Source of the DNA: an uncultured Bacteroidales bacterium
GTDB taxonomy: Bacteria; Bacteroidota; Bacteroidia; Bacteroidales; Bacteroidaceae
Length of the DNA stretch: 64,000 nucleotides
Reading direction: 5' to 3'
Assembly: GCA_902801325.1 (NCBI GenBank)
Contig: CADCHQ010000013.1
Coordinates: 73,434-137,433 of the forward strand
Shown here: positions 9,515 to 18,792 of the stretch, piece by piece
Layout: every line of letters begins with the position of its first letter
Numbering within the stretch: the stretch's first letter is position 1
Position numbers and translations under genes: made by a program
Notes under the pieces: model-generated
What the model was told of the DNA's origin: nothing
What the model saw: the letters and a program-made list of their open reading frames with translations, nothing else
The model's database searches: none

Positions 9515-12265
9515 TTATTTCACCCTTACTTTCATGTGCTGTTTTCCATTGGTGACGATGTACACGCCAGCAGGAAGGGGCTGGCCCATTCTCACCTGTG
9601 CTCCACTGGTAGAGTAGGCTTTCAGACCTTTGCCTTCGGCATAGATGGCATGGTTGAGTACACTAACGGAGAATCCCAGATTCTTCTTGACCCCTTCGAT
9701 ACCCGTTGGAACGATGATGGGTTCTTCGTCACCCGTTCCGTTAGGATCGTCACTAATGATGAACCAACCTATGTAGTCACCATTGGCTTTTGCGTTATTC
9801 GTGGTAGTGCTTGTGCTGGTTCCATCAACCTGACGACGGATGCTTGCAGAGTGTACACCCTTGCCTTCGTCGACAGTGCTGTGCATGCGGAACACACTTG
9901 CCTTGTCGTAGTTGTCGGTCTGCGATGCAGCGATGATGAAAGGATTGATGAAGAACAGAGAATCGCCGGCTTCATTGCGGAATGTTACCGTTTGGCGTGC
10001 GACTCCGCCGACAGGCGTTTCTTTGTCAATACCCACAGTGAGCAGTTTACCGTCACCGATTGCAATCTGTCCGGGTGTTGCAGCAAAGTAGTTTACGTTT
10101 TGTGCGTTAAAGGTAGTTGTCACTCCCTCTTGTCGTACAAGCTTTACTTTGAAGCCCGTGTTAGATACTCCATAAACCTTGACGGTAACAGGAGGATAGG
10201 TTGCGATGCTGGTGTTCTGCTGAGCTACTACTACAGGTGTTACACCTGCGGGGAAGGCTTCCGGGAAGGTGACTTCCACCTCGTCGCCCTTGATGCTTCC
10301 GGCTTTCTGGGAAATAATCATCATGTTGTCACTGAGGTGATAAACCGTGTCGGGAGGAAGAATCAGATAGCTGACAGTCTCGGCAGCATTGAATGCCACA
10401 GGAGCCGTCAACTGCCAGGGGTAAAAACGGAACTTGAAGCTCGTCTTACCGAGGCTTTGTATCTGATTGGTGATACCATTGCCTGCGTTCTTGTTCGAAA
10501 CCATTCCCATCACCACGTATGGTGCTTCGTCCTGAGTGGCAATGTCAGTTGTTACACTCTCCGTGTTGGCAATCTTCAACTCTCCATATTGCAGAGAGCC
10601 GACGGCATTAGCTGCAGAAATGGTAACCGTGGTTTCCCCCGTGGTAAACTTCTTGCCTTCGTAATATTCGGTGGCACGATAGTAGTAGATGCCGGGGTCG
10701 GAAATGTTATCATTAAAGGTATAGGCGATATCCTCACCACTGGTCTTGTCCTTAGGATCTACGTTGCCGCATTTTACCCATTTGGTCGTGTTGGGCAATT
10801 TGCATTCAACGATAATGCTGTCCAGCATGTCACCGTTGGGGTCACGCCATACAATGGTTGCCTGCTTCTTGACCTTGTTGTATGTGGCACTGATGCCATA
10901 AGGGGCCTTATAGACGACTTTGGGGATGTAGTCGTACTTCTTGTTGTATCCAAGTCCAGTTTCCATATCAGCATAATACTGACCCAGCGATGTCACCTTT
11001 CCATTTTCGTAGATGTGTCCTTTCGACTCCGAGTTCCAGTAGAAGTATCTCTCTACGCGTGGGTTGTTGTTTAGGGTGGTCAGGATGTTCTTGGTAGTGC
11101 TCAGGATTTGGTCGTTGGTGACGCCACTTCCGAAGCAGCCGTTTTTGTTCCACGATGCACCCCAAATCCATTCCGATATCCAGATGGGACGGCCCTTGCC
11201 ATAGTTGTCGCTATACCAGTTGAGGTTGTCGAATCCGCCGGACCAATAGCAATGGAGGTCCAAAATGTCGCAGCGCCAACCACGTGCGTCAATGCTGTCC
11301 ATGAATGATTTCAGGTGGCTCCAACTGCCGTCATGGGATGACTCGGAGCAGAGACGCATACCGGTACGCATCAAGTTCTGCCAGTTGGCAAGCACATCGT
11401 CTACCGATTGTGGACGGTCGTCGGCAGAGTTGCCTGGTTCGTTGTTGGTCTTCATGTGGCACGAATAAGTTACGCCACCACATTCCGATGCCGAAGGCCA
11501 GTCTTCATAAATGTGATGAGGGATGCACTCGGTGTCGGGATAGCGATTCTCGCCTTTTCCAAAGGAGTAGCAGCCTGTCACGTTGAGTGCCTGCGTGGGT
11601 TCGTAGCGGGTGTCGTTGGCAATGGCTTTCTTGTCAAAGTTACACCACTTAAAGATGCGATAGCTTGAGATGCGTCCGTCAAGCACATGGGGTAGGGTAG
11701 CCAGTTCCAGGTCCTCGTTGTCGGCAATGAAGCAACGGCTATATCCCCAACCACCGGTACCGACAGCAAAGGTAACCATGTATCCGCGTTTCAGTTTGAA
11801 ACTGCGAATCTGGTTGTTCAGCTGCTTGGCTGTCAACGTATTCATGAAACCGCTTGAACTGTTCAGGCTGTACGTGTTGTATGACTCGCCTCCAAAGTTT
11901 TGCTCGGTATAGCATGTCAGGGGCTTAATGGTTCTGCTGTATGGCATTACGATGGCACCCTGGGCATAAATCTTTACCTGACAGTTGACATCGTTCTTGG
12001 CAGGTTCGCCATTGATGAATATGTTGCCCATCAGTTGGCTAATGACTTTGCTTGGCCGGATGTTTTTGAAAATCAGCACAGCGTGCTCCGTATTCTGAAT
12101 GTCAACACTCCCAGCTGTGGCAAAAGGTGTCGTGCTCGTCACCACATAATCAACATCGGTGGTCAGTGTCACTCCACTTGTAACCTGAGTGACCTGCGTG
12201 ATTGTGTTTCCTGCTAACGCCGTTGATGATACCAGCAACGCCGCTAAGAATGCTTTCAGTTTCAT
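9515..12265 (-). CDS. Secreted clan GH-A type glycoside hydrolase (Glyco_hydro_cc/GH128-like core, tentative) with Ig-like domains and a T9SS C-terminal sorting domain
   Basis: 916 aa with a signal peptide. NEP-type acid/base motif (KTNNEPGNSADD) and nucleophile-type motif (RPIWISEWIW). C-terminus ...LPAGVYIVTNGKQHMKVRVK is typical of a T9SS CTD. Confidence 0.65.
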   Translation of the reverse strand: MKLKAFLAALLVSSTALAGNTITQVTQVTSGVTLTTDVDYVVTSTTPFATAGSVDIQNTEHAVLIFKNIRPSKVISQLMGNIFINGEPAKNDVNCQVKIYAQGAIVMPYSRTIKPLTCYTEQNFGGESYNTYSLNSSSGFMNTLTAKQLNNQIRSFKLKRGYMVTFAVGTGGWGYSRCFIADNEDLELATLPHVLDGRISSYRIFKWCNFDKKAIANDTRYEPTQALNVTGCYSFGKGENRYPDTECIPHHIYEDWPSASECGGVTYSCHMKTNNEPGNSADDRPQSVDDVLANWQNLMRTGMRLCSESSHDGSWSHLKSFMDSIDARGWRCDILDLHCYWSGGFDNLNWYSDNYGKGRPIWISEWIWGASWNKNGCFGSGVTNDQILSTTKNILTTLNNNPRVERYFYWNSESKGHIYENGKVTSLGQYYADMETGLGYNKKYDYIPKVVYKAPYGISATYNKVKKQATIVWRDPNGDMLDSIIVECKLPNTTKWVKCGNVDPKDKTSGEDIAYTFNDNISDPGIYYYRATEYYEGKKFTTGETTVTISAANAVGSLQYGELKIANTESVTTDIATQDEAPYVVMGMVSNKNAGNGITNQIQSLGKTSFKFRFYPWQLTAPVAFNAAETVSYLILPPDTVYHLSDNMMIISQKAGSIKGDEVEVTFPEAFPAGVTPVVVAQQNTSIATYPPVTVKVYGVSNTGFKVKLVRQEGVTTTFNAQNVNYFAATPGQIAIGDGKLLTVGIDKETPVGGVARQTVTFRNEAGDSLFFINPFIIAASQTDNYDKASVFRMHSTVDEGKGVHSASIRRQVDGTSTSTTTNNAKANGDYIGWFIISDDPNGTGDEEPIIVPTGIEGVKKNLGFSVSVLNHAIYAEGKGLKAYSTSGAQVRMGQPLPAGVYIVTNGKQHMKVRVK

Positions 12266-12270
12266 ATCTC

Positions 12271-13410
12271 TTATTTTAGGAATTTCTGAATAATCTTGGC
12301 TTGAGCCTTATAGGCCTTAGCAGAGGCTTTTCCTTTCAGCACTTGTTGAGTCTTGTCGAGTAAAGCCTTGCGTCCGTCGAGTTGCTCCAGTGTGAAGGTG
12401 GGGGTAGTGCGAGAACGCAACTCCTGATTGGCCTGCATGAGAGCATCCCATGCCTGCAGCAGCTCCAGTTCGTCCTTCGTGATGGCAATAACCGTGCCGT
12501 GACGAGGAGTGAAGGCACCTGTGGTTTGTGTGTCTTGTACTTGCTTGAAGGTACGCAGGTCTGTCGATTTGCAGAACTGGTAGTGTCCGCTGGTGTAGCA
12601 GTCATACATGAGAACCCATGTGCCGTCGAACAGGCGGAATACTCCGCTACCCTCTACGGCCTTATTGGTGTCCTGGCACATGCCGGGTTGCAGTTCCCAT
12701 TTCGACTTGTCGTGCAGGACGGGGGTGATGAATTGCTTAATGCCTTTCTGCCGTTGGCCTTCGGTCTTGAAGAAGACGTGGTACAGACCATCGTCGTCAC
12801 GCACAATATCGGTGTCGATGCTGGCATTCTCTACGTCGAAGAGCACTTTCGGTTCACCTTCCAGGTCGCTGAAGTCGCTGTTGGCATAAGCGTAGTAAAC
12901 GCGATCGTAAGGGCATGAGCCATCGTCGGTGAGAATGGAGAAATAAACCATATACTTGCCAGCCTCTTTGTCGAAGATGGTCTGGGGCGCCCACACGCGT
13001 GTCACGTGTTCAAACATGGTACCCTTGTAACGTTCGGGGAAGTGGATGGTGTGGTGTTGCCAGTGAATGAGGTCGCGACTGCGCAGGAGTACCATGCCGC
13101 GGTTGCTGCTCCATCCCAGGCTCGAACGCATGTCGGTCACAACCTGATAGAACCATCCGTCCTCGCCACGCAGGATGTGAGGGTCGCGAACGCACTTGGT
13201 CAGTGCTATGGTATCGCTGGCAATCACGGGAAGCCCGTTGTTCATGGGAGTATAGTTCCATCCGTCGCTGCTCAGGGCATAGCAAATCTGCTCGTGCTCG
13301 GGCGCATTACCTGTAAAATAGGTAAAGAGGTAGGCAACATAGTTCTTGTTGGAAGCTGCGTTGCACAACATGCTTAGCAACAGGGCTAGGGTAAAGGTAA
13401 ATTTTCTCAT
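12271..13410 (-). CDS. GH43-like five-bladed beta-propeller glycoside hydrolase (subfamily not assignable by eye)
   Basis: 379 aa with a signal peptide. Motifs AYLFTYFTGN, CVRDPHILRGEDGWFY and VWAPQ. Its stop lies 5 nt upstream of the next gene's start. Confidence 0.65.
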   Translation of the reverse strand: MRKFTFTLALLLSMLCNAASNKNYVAYLFTYFTGNAPEHEQICYALSSDGWNYTPMNNGLPVIASDTIALTKCVRDPHILRGEDGWFYQVVTDMRSSLGWSSNRGMVLLRSRDLIHWQHHTIHFPERYKGTMFEHVTRVWAPQTIFDKEAGKYMVYFSILTDDGSCPYDRVYYAYANSDFSDLEGEPKVLFDVENASIDTDIVRDDDGLYHVFFKTEGQRQKGIKQFITPVLHDKSKWELQPGMCQDTNKAVEGSGVFRLFDGTWVLMYDCYTSGHYQFCKSTDLRTFKQVQDTQTTGAFTPRHGTVIAITKDELELLQAWDALMQANQELRSRTTPTFTLEQLDGRKALLDKTQQVLKGKASAKAYKAQAKIIQKFLK

Positions 13411-13469
13411 TGTAGGTTATGTTTTTTAGTTTGATATCTGACAGTTAGGTCTAAGGCATATTTCGACTA

Positions 13470-13500
13470 CAAATATAATAATATTTGTTGGAATGGCAAA
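13470..13500 (-). promoter_or_regulatory. Bacteroidota sigma-A type promoter for the GH43/GH-A genes
   Basis: Minus-strand TATATTTG (13470-13477) and TTTG (13497-13500) with a 19-nt gap. It lies about 60 nt upstream of the ATG at 13410. Confidence 0.55.
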
Positions 13501-13557
13501 ACAATCTTCTCTTTTTTTATTTAATTAAGGTAAGTTCTTCCTTGGGAGTGTCTCGCT

Positions 13558-13784
13558 AATGTGACAATGTGACATGTGACATGTGACATTTAGCTTTTTC
13601 GTAGTTTGGAGAGGGGTTACAATCAGTAATTTCTTTTCCGTAGAGATTTATAAATTATAAGGATTATAATTTATATTATATATTATAATTTATTATAATA
13701 TATAATATACTTTTTAGTCTCAAGTTCCCATCCCATAAATGCAAAACATCAAATGTCACATGTCAAATGTCACATGTCACATTT
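13558..13784. repeat. Hairpin element: inverted arrays of the word GTGACAT flanking an AT-rich core
   Basis: Left arm aatgtgacaatgtgacatgtgacatgtgacattt (13558-13591). Right arm aaatgtcacatgtcaaatgtcacatgtcacattt (13750-13784). The core contains tataaattataaggattataatttatattatatattataatttattataatatataatatac. Confidence 0.85.
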
Positions 13785-13794
13785 GATGTGAGTC

Positions 13795-13829
13795 GGGAAA
13801 ACGAAAGGAGAGCCTTTGTGAGACTCTCC
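13795..13829 (-). terminator. Candidate terminator after PBP1A
   Basis: Stem ggagagcct/agactctcc is 9 bp with 1 mismatch, and the loop is ttgtg. On the minus strand it is followed by TTTCGTTTTCCC. Confidence 0.5.
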
Positions 13830-13849
13830 TAACTTGTTGAATTTCAGTA

Positions 13850-16294
13850 TTATTCTTCCACCGCCGAACTGACGGGCTCAACGGGCTGTTGAGTGCCAGA
13901 CGGTGCTACCTCGTCGGTAATTTCTCCGTCGTCGTCCGCTTCGTCGTCGTCGTCTTCTTCGTCATCCAGCGCAGGACGGCGATAATAAGAACCCACGCAC
14001 GACCAACATTGCGGATCGATTTCCTCCTTTGGAGCATCGAATTTGCGATAGTATTTTGCAAAATGAGCATCCTTGAGCAGTGATTGAATGAAGTATCCAA
14101 AGATGGGTAAGGCCGTGCGACTACCTTGTCCCAAAGCACCCGTGCGGAAGTGTATGCTTCGGTATTCACCACCTACCCATGCACCTGCCACCAAGCCTGG
14201 TGTTACACCCACAAACCACGCGTCGGAGTGGTTGTTGCTGGTACCAGTTTTTCCACCGAATTCAGTACGGTCGAGTACGGGATGGATGTATTGCCACAGG
14301 GCCGCGGTGGTGCCTCCAGGTTCGGTCAGACCGGCTCGCAACATCTGTTGCATGAGGTAGGCAGAACGGTATGGAATGGCTTGTTCCTTCTTGAGTTTCG
14401 GTTCATAGATGACCTTGCCATCGCGGTTCTCGATGCGAGTGATGAGAACGGGCATGTTGTATATGCCATCGTCAATCACGGTACAGTAGGCATTGGTGAG
14501 TTCGAGTAGGTTCACGTCACAAGCTCCAAGACTAAGCGACGGAATGTTATCTAGTTTCGATTTGATACCCATCGCATGTGCCGTCTTGATGATGTTGGGA
14601 ATGCCACATTCAAATCCCAGTTTCACGGCAATGCTGTTGATACTCTGCGCGAAAGCCGTCTTCAGCGTCATGTTGGCGTGTGTGAAATAGCCATTGGCGT
14701 TGTGCGGCGCCCACATCTTCACCTTACCGTTCATCGTGTCGGGATAGGCCTTCCACTCATCGACCCTGCGGTCGCATGGGATAAGACCTTGGTTCATGGC
14801 CTCGGTATATACAAATAGTTTAAAGGTGGAACCAGGCTGGCGCATGGCGGTGACTTTGTCGTACTTCCAGGAGTTGTAGTCGACATCTCCCACCCATGCC
14901 TTCACTTGCCTTGTGTCGGGCTCTATAGCCACAAATCCGCAATGCATGAAGCTTACCATGTATCGGATGGAATCCATGACGCTGAGTTCGCGTGTCTCAG
15001 GGCCATCGTAGGTGAATACCTCTACAGGATGGGGCAGGTTCATGTAATACTCAATGGAATCGGCGTTGTTGTCGAACTTCTTTGCCAGATAGCGGTATTC
15101 CTGAGTCTGCTTGGCGATATTCTCTATGAAGTTGGGAATCTCCTTGTATTGTGCGTCACGCCACGGTGCAGTTGATCCCCAATGCTCCTTAAATCGTTTC
15201 TGGATGACACGCATTTGTTTCAGTGCCGCCTCCTCGGCATATTGCTGGATGCGTGTGTCGAGTGTAGTGTATATTTTCAGCCCGCTTACGTCCAAGTCGA
15301 GCATGTGCTGCGCGTTGAACCCTGGTATAAGTCCCCTGCGACAAAGGACTTCGACGTAATCCTTCAAGGCTTCGCGGAAGAAGGGTACAGGACCGAGTTG
15401 GTTGTGGCCCGAGGTTCGGCTGGAGGTTATCATAGGCAAGCGTTGCAGGCTATCGAGTTGTTGCTTCGTGGCAGGTTGCCCGTTGATGATCATCTGCCCG
15501 TAGTTATACAGGTTTGCCAAGACCACATTGCGCCGTTCCGTACTGTTCTTTGGGTTGCGTTTGGGATTGTACGTGCTGGTGGCTTTTAATAGGCCTACAA
15601 GCGTTGCTGCCTGCTCGTAGGTAAGATTGTCAGGCATGGTGGCAAAGTAGGTCTCACAGGCCGTTTTTATGCCGTAGGCGTTGTTTCCGAAGTCAACGGT
15701 GTTGAAGTACATGGTTAGGATCTCTTCCTTCGAGAAGAGCATCTCCAGCTTCGTTGCCACTATCCACTCTTTGAGTTTAATCGTAAGCATTCGTGTGGCA
15801 GGGAACTTGTCCAGGAGACCTGTCGAATATTCCTCTTTTGTACGTACGCGGAACAGGTTCTTTGCCAACTGCTGTGTGATGGTACTTGCTCCTCGTGCAT
15901 GTCCGCCGAACATATCTTTTATGGCGGCAAAGATGCCTTTGAAGTCGATGCCGTGATGATGATAGAACCGTTCGTCTTCGGTGGCAATGAGTGTGCGCAC
16001 CAGTATGGGACTGATTTCCTCAAAGGATACGGGAGTACGGTTCTCGTCGTAGAAGCGTCCTATAGGTACACTGTCGGCACTGATGATAATGCTTGCATCG
16101 TTGGTGACGGGGTTTTTGATGTCACTGAAGCCTGGCGAACGACCGAACAGCCACAGAAAGTTCATGTCAACAGCCCCGAGGAACAACAGGAACAACAGAA
16201 TGAGGGTGGCCATCCAAACCACTGTCCGCTTCCACCAAGGTCCACTATAGAGGTCCTTAAAGACGCTTTTCGTCTTATTCCAAAATGCTTTCAT
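13850..16294 (-). CDS. mrcA: Bifunctional class A penicillin-binding protein 1A (glycosyltransferase/transpeptidase)
   Basis: 814 aa with an N-terminal TM segment. GT51 motifs EDERFYHHHGID and RGASTITQQL. Transpeptidase motifs STFK and KTGTS. Acidic C-terminal tail DDEEDDDDEADDDGE. Confidence 0.9.
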   Translation of the reverse strand: MKAFWNKTKSVFKDLYSGPWWKRTVVWMATLILLFLLFLGAVDMNFLWLFGRSPGFSDIKNPVTNDASIIISADSVPIGRFYDENRTPVSFEEISPILVRTLIATEDERFYHHHGIDFKGIFAAIKDMFGGHARGASTITQQLAKNLFRVRTKEEYSTGLLDKFPATRMLTIKLKEWIVATKLEMLFSKEEILTMYFNTVDFGNNAYGIKTACETYFATMPDNLTYEQAATLVGLLKATSTYNPKRNPKNSTERRNVVLANLYNYGQMIINGQPATKQQLDSLQRLPMITSSRTSGHNQLGPVPFFREALKDYVEVLCRRGLIPGFNAQHMLDLDVSGLKIYTTLDTRIQQYAEEAALKQMRVIQKRFKEHWGSTAPWRDAQYKEIPNFIENIAKQTQEYRYLAKKFDNNADSIEYYMNLPHPVEVFTYDGPETRELSVMDSIRYMVSFMHCGFVAIEPDTRQVKAWVGDVDYNSWKYDKVTAMRQPGSTFKLFVYTEAMNQGLIPCDRRVDEWKAYPDTMNGKVKMWAPHNANGYFTHANMTLKTAFAQSINSIAVKLGFECGIPNIIKTAHAMGIKSKLDNIPSLSLGACDVNLLELTNAYCTVIDDGIYNMPVLITRIENRDGKVIYEPKLKKEQAIPYRSAYLMQQMLRAGLTEPGGTTAALWQYIHPVLDRTEFGGKTGTSNNHSDAWFVGVTPGLVAGAWVGGEYRSIHFRTGALGQGSRTALPIFGYFIQSLLKDAHFAKYYRKFDAPKEEIDPQCWSCVGSYYRRPALDDEEDDDDEADDDGEITDEVAPSGTQQPVEPVSSAVEE

Positions 16295-17189
16295 GTATCT
16301 TCCGATTTATATGTTCTTCTATTTGCGATATGTCGTCGGGATGGAACCAGGTGATGTCTTCGTCATGCTGGAACCAAGTCAGTTGTTTTTTGGCATACAC
16401 GCGGGTGTTCTTCTTTATTCTTTCCACCGCCATCTCCAAAGGCCATTCGCCATCGATTACGCGGAAGAGTTCTTTGTATCCAACGGTGTTCAGGGCGTTG
16501 CAATGGCGGTAGGGAATCAGCCTTCGCACTTCGTCCATCAGTCCTTCTTTCATCATCTGATCGACTCTGGCATTGATTCTGGCAAAGAGTTCCTCGCGGG
16601 GACGGTTCAGTCCTATCTTGATGATTTGGAAAGGTCTTTCCTTGTGTGTGTTGGTGCGGAATTCCGAGTAGGGGCGTCCGCTCATCAGACACACTTCGAG
16701 GGCATGAACAACCCTGCGTACGTTCTTCTTGTCGACGATGGCATAGTACTCGGGATCAAGGGTACGTAGTTCTTCCACCAATGGTTCTAGGCCTTCTTTG
16801 GCGAGACGTTCTTTGACGGCGGTTCGTATCTCATCGCTAATGGTGGGAATGTCGTCGATGCCCCGACAAACGGCGTCGATGTACATCATGCTTCCCCCCG
16901 ACAAGAGCAAGGTGTCGTGGGTTTTGAAGAGTTCGCTAGTCAGCTGGAGCACATCGGCCTCATACTGAGCGGCATTGTAGTAATCCTCCAACTTCAGTGT
17001 GCCAACGAAATAGTGCCTGACGCGTTGCAGTTGCTCGGGGGTAGGTGCAGCAGTGCCAATGCGCAGATCGGCAAACAGCTGACGACTGTCGCAGTTGATA
17101 ATGGGACTTCCAAGCATCTCTGCTAGAGAAAGGCTTAGTTCCGTCTTACCAACGGCAGTAGGGCCAAGCAATACTACAAGCGACTTCAT
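16275..17189 (-). CDS. miaA: tRNA dimethylallyltransferase
   Basis: 304 aa with P-loop GPTAVGKTELS and MiaA-like sequence throughout. Its 3' end overlaps the PBP1A start by 20 nt. Confidence 0.93.
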   Translation of the reverse strand: MKSLVVLLGPTAVGKTELSLSLAEMLGSPIINCDSRQLFADLRIGTAAPTPEQLQRVRHYFVGTLKLEDYYNAAQYEADVLQLTSELFKTHDTLLLSGGSMMYIDAVCRGIDDIPTISDEIRTAVKERLAKEGLEPLVEELRTLDPEYYAIVDKKNVRRVVHALEVCLMSGRPYSEFRTNTHKERPFQIIKIGLNRPREELFARINARVDQMMKEGLMDEVRRLIPYRHCNALNTVGYKELFRVIDGEWPLEMAVERIKKNTRVYAKKQLTWFQHDEDITWFHPDDISQIEEHINRKIHESILE

Positions 17190-17243
17190 GAGGTTATGAG
17201 GTTATGAGGTTATGAGGTTTTGAGGTTATGAGGTTTTAAGGTT
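17188..17243. repeat. Tandem 8-nt word array (ATGAGGTT)n abutting the miaA start codon
   Basis: atgaggttatgaggttatgaggttatgaggttttgaggttatgaggttttaaggtt. The miaA ATG (17187-17189, minus strand) is itself part of the repeat phase. Confidence 0.9.
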
Positions 17244-17332
17244 CTTGCTCCGCTTTGCTACGCAAGCGTAGGACTTCGTCCGTCCGATTACTTGCTCCAG
17301 TTCCTTACGCAAGCGTCCCTTGGGGCCGAGCG
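17242..17332 (+). repeat. Dispersed element, two-module copy (TTCTTGCTCC-N7-TACGCAAGCGT ... CGTCCGATTAC + TTGCTCC-N7-TACGCAAGCGT ... GCCGAGCG)
   Basis: Same two-module architecture as 49644-49739. Single modules occur at 20331, 42473 and 53327 (reverse complement). Confidence 0.85.
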
Positions 17333-17392
17333 ATGAGGTTTGGGCCAATTGTTTGACCTTACAACCTTACCAGCGCAGCGACCTTACATTTT

Positions 17393-17923
17393 TCAATCCA
17401 AGATGTCGAAGCCTTCCATGTCGAGGTCTTCCTCCTCGAATCCGTCCTCGCCATAAAACTCTTCTTCCAGTTCCTCGGAGATGACAATGGGCGTTATCTC
17501 TTCGTCGTCTTGCAGCAGTTGTGGAGGGGCTTCGCCGTGACGGCGCGTGAGTATGCCTTCCGGAGCTACTGGGTCGCCGAATGACGTTTCGGTGAGTTCT
17601 ATGAGGAACATGCGACGGTCTTCAGGGTCGAAACGATAGGTGACGTGCTGGCCTTCGTCCTCAAGGAACTCTCCCAAGTCGGTGTCGGACATCAAGTATA
17701 CGTCCTCGTCGATGCTCACATTGTCCTCGTCGCTAAGGAGTATGCGTTGGATGGGCTTCCAGTGTTCGTCGCATATAAAGAACCGTTGGCCCTGCATCTC
17801 CTTGTATCCACAATGGTGAAGAATCAGCTTGTGGAGGTCGGCAAACGAGGAGTCGGCGTCAATCTTAAATTCGAGGATGAAATCCTCTACTTCATTGCTT
17901 ATGAGTGTCAGTCGTAATGTCAT
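17393..17923 (-). CDS. Conserved hypothetical acidic protein (possibly pRiA4b ORF-3-like fold, tentative)
   Basis: 176 aa with no signal peptide. Very acidic C-terminus EELEEEFYGEDGFEEEDLDMEGFDILD. It sits downstream of lpxA on the same strand. Confidence 0.45.
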   Translation of the reverse strand: MTLRLTLISNEVEDFILEFKIDADSSFADLHKLILHHCGYKEMQGQRFFICDEHWKPIQRILLSDEDNVSIDEDVYLMSDTDLGEFLEDEGQHVTYRFDPEDRRMFLIELTETSFGDPVAPEGILTRRHGEAPPQLLQDDEEITPIVISEELEEEFYGEDGFEEEDLDMEGFDILD

Positions 17924-17950
17924 GTTGATTTAAGATTAGGTTTTATTACG

Positions 17951-18718
17951 TTAACGGATGAATCCGCGTTTCTCGGTGTCTTTTATGAAGTCCAGGATGT
18001 ACTCCGTCTCAGGTGTCATTCCTATTTCTTCCTTCACGCGTGCAACCTTGTCGGCAAGCAGACCTTCGCCCATGATGATGTTGAAGGCACGATGCAGTAG
18101 AGCGATGGTTTCAGGCGTGAAGCCTCTGCGACGCAGACCTACCAGATTGAGGCCGCAATAGCTTGCCGGTTCGCGAGCCGTCATGGTGTAGGGAAGGATG
18201 TTCTGATTGATTTTTGAACCTCCGCCCACCATGGTGTAACCACCGATTCGGCAGAACTGATGCACCAGCACGTGTGCGCTGAGGATGGCGTTGTCGTCGA
18301 TAACCACTTCGCCTGCCAGTTTTGAGCCGTTGCCGATGATGCAGCCATTACCCACGATGACATCGTGGGCCACGTGCATGCCCTCCATGAGGAGATTGTT
18401 GCTGCCCACCACCGTCTTGCCTTTGGCCTTTGTACCGCGGTTGACGGTGACGTTCTCGCGAATCTTGTTGTTGTCGCCTATTTCGGCCGTAGTCTCTTCG
18501 CCCACAAACTTCAGGTCTTGGGGAATGGCACTAATGACAGCACCGGGGAAGAAGATGTTGCCGTTGCCTATGCGTGCGCCGTAGAGCACGGTCACGCTAT
18601 TCATCAGGGTATTGTTGTCGCCAATGACGACATTCTTGTCAATGTAGCAGAAGGGGCCTATCTCACAGTTCTCACCAATAATGGCCTCGGGATGGATGTA
18701 TGCTAATGGACTGATCAT
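17951..18718 (-). CDS. lpxA: Acyl-ACP--UDP-N-acetylglucosamine O-acyltransferase
   Basis: 255 aa with left-handed beta-helix hexapeptide repeats and an LpxA-like C-terminal helical domain. It lies in an lpxD / lpxC-fabZ / lpxA cluster. Confidence 0.93.
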   Translation of the reverse strand: MISPLAYIHPEAIIGENCEIGPFCYIDKNVVIGDNNTLMNSVTVLYGARIGNGNIFFPGAVISAIPQDLKFVGEETTAEIGDNNKIRENVTVNRGTKAKGKTVVGSNNLLMEGMHVAHDVIVGNGCIIGNGSKLAGEVVIDDNAILSAHVLVHQFCRIGGYTMVGGGSKINQNILPYTMTAREPASYCGLNLVGLRRRGFTPETIALLHRAFNIIMGEGLLADKVARVKEEIGMTPETEYILDFIKDTEKRGFIR

Positions 18719-18719
18719 T

Positions 18720-18756
18720 AAATTAAAAATTAAAAGTTAAAAATTAAAAGTTAATT
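18720..18756. repeat. AT-rich word array directly upstream of the lpxA start
   Basis: aaattaaaaattaaaagttaaaaattaaaagttaatt. It is 36/37 identical to 42435-42471, upstream of the ACT gene. Confidence 0.9.
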
Positions 18757-18788
18757 CCTCCTCCCCTCGGGGAGGACGGAAGGGGGCC
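18757..18788 (+). repeat. G/C-rich palindromic REP-like element, copy R1
   Basis: cctcctcccctcggggagg-acgg-aagggggcc. It consists of hairpin CCTCCCC/GGGGAGG plus a G-box, between the lpxC-fabZ stop and the lpxA start. Confidence 0.85.
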
Positions 18789-18792
18789 TTCT

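Noticed and set aside
9536-11074. 512-aa ORF on the plus strand, with similar long antisense ORFs at 61197-63266 (689 aa), 55488-56720 (410 aa), 26638-27756 (372 aa), 19078-20127 (349 aa), 53566-54492 and 48041-48904
   Set aside because: Each lies entirely antisense to a gene with a clear family assignment. Their translations are low-complexity (V/G/H/D-rich) without recognisable motifs. They are typical shadow ORFs produced by codon bias on the opposite strand.
17393-17923. Acidic 176-aa protein as an anti-restriction or DNA-mimic protein
   Set aside because: This rests only on net charge. The gene sits in a conserved-looking housekeeping run next to lpxA with no mobile context, so there is not enough evidence to claim it.
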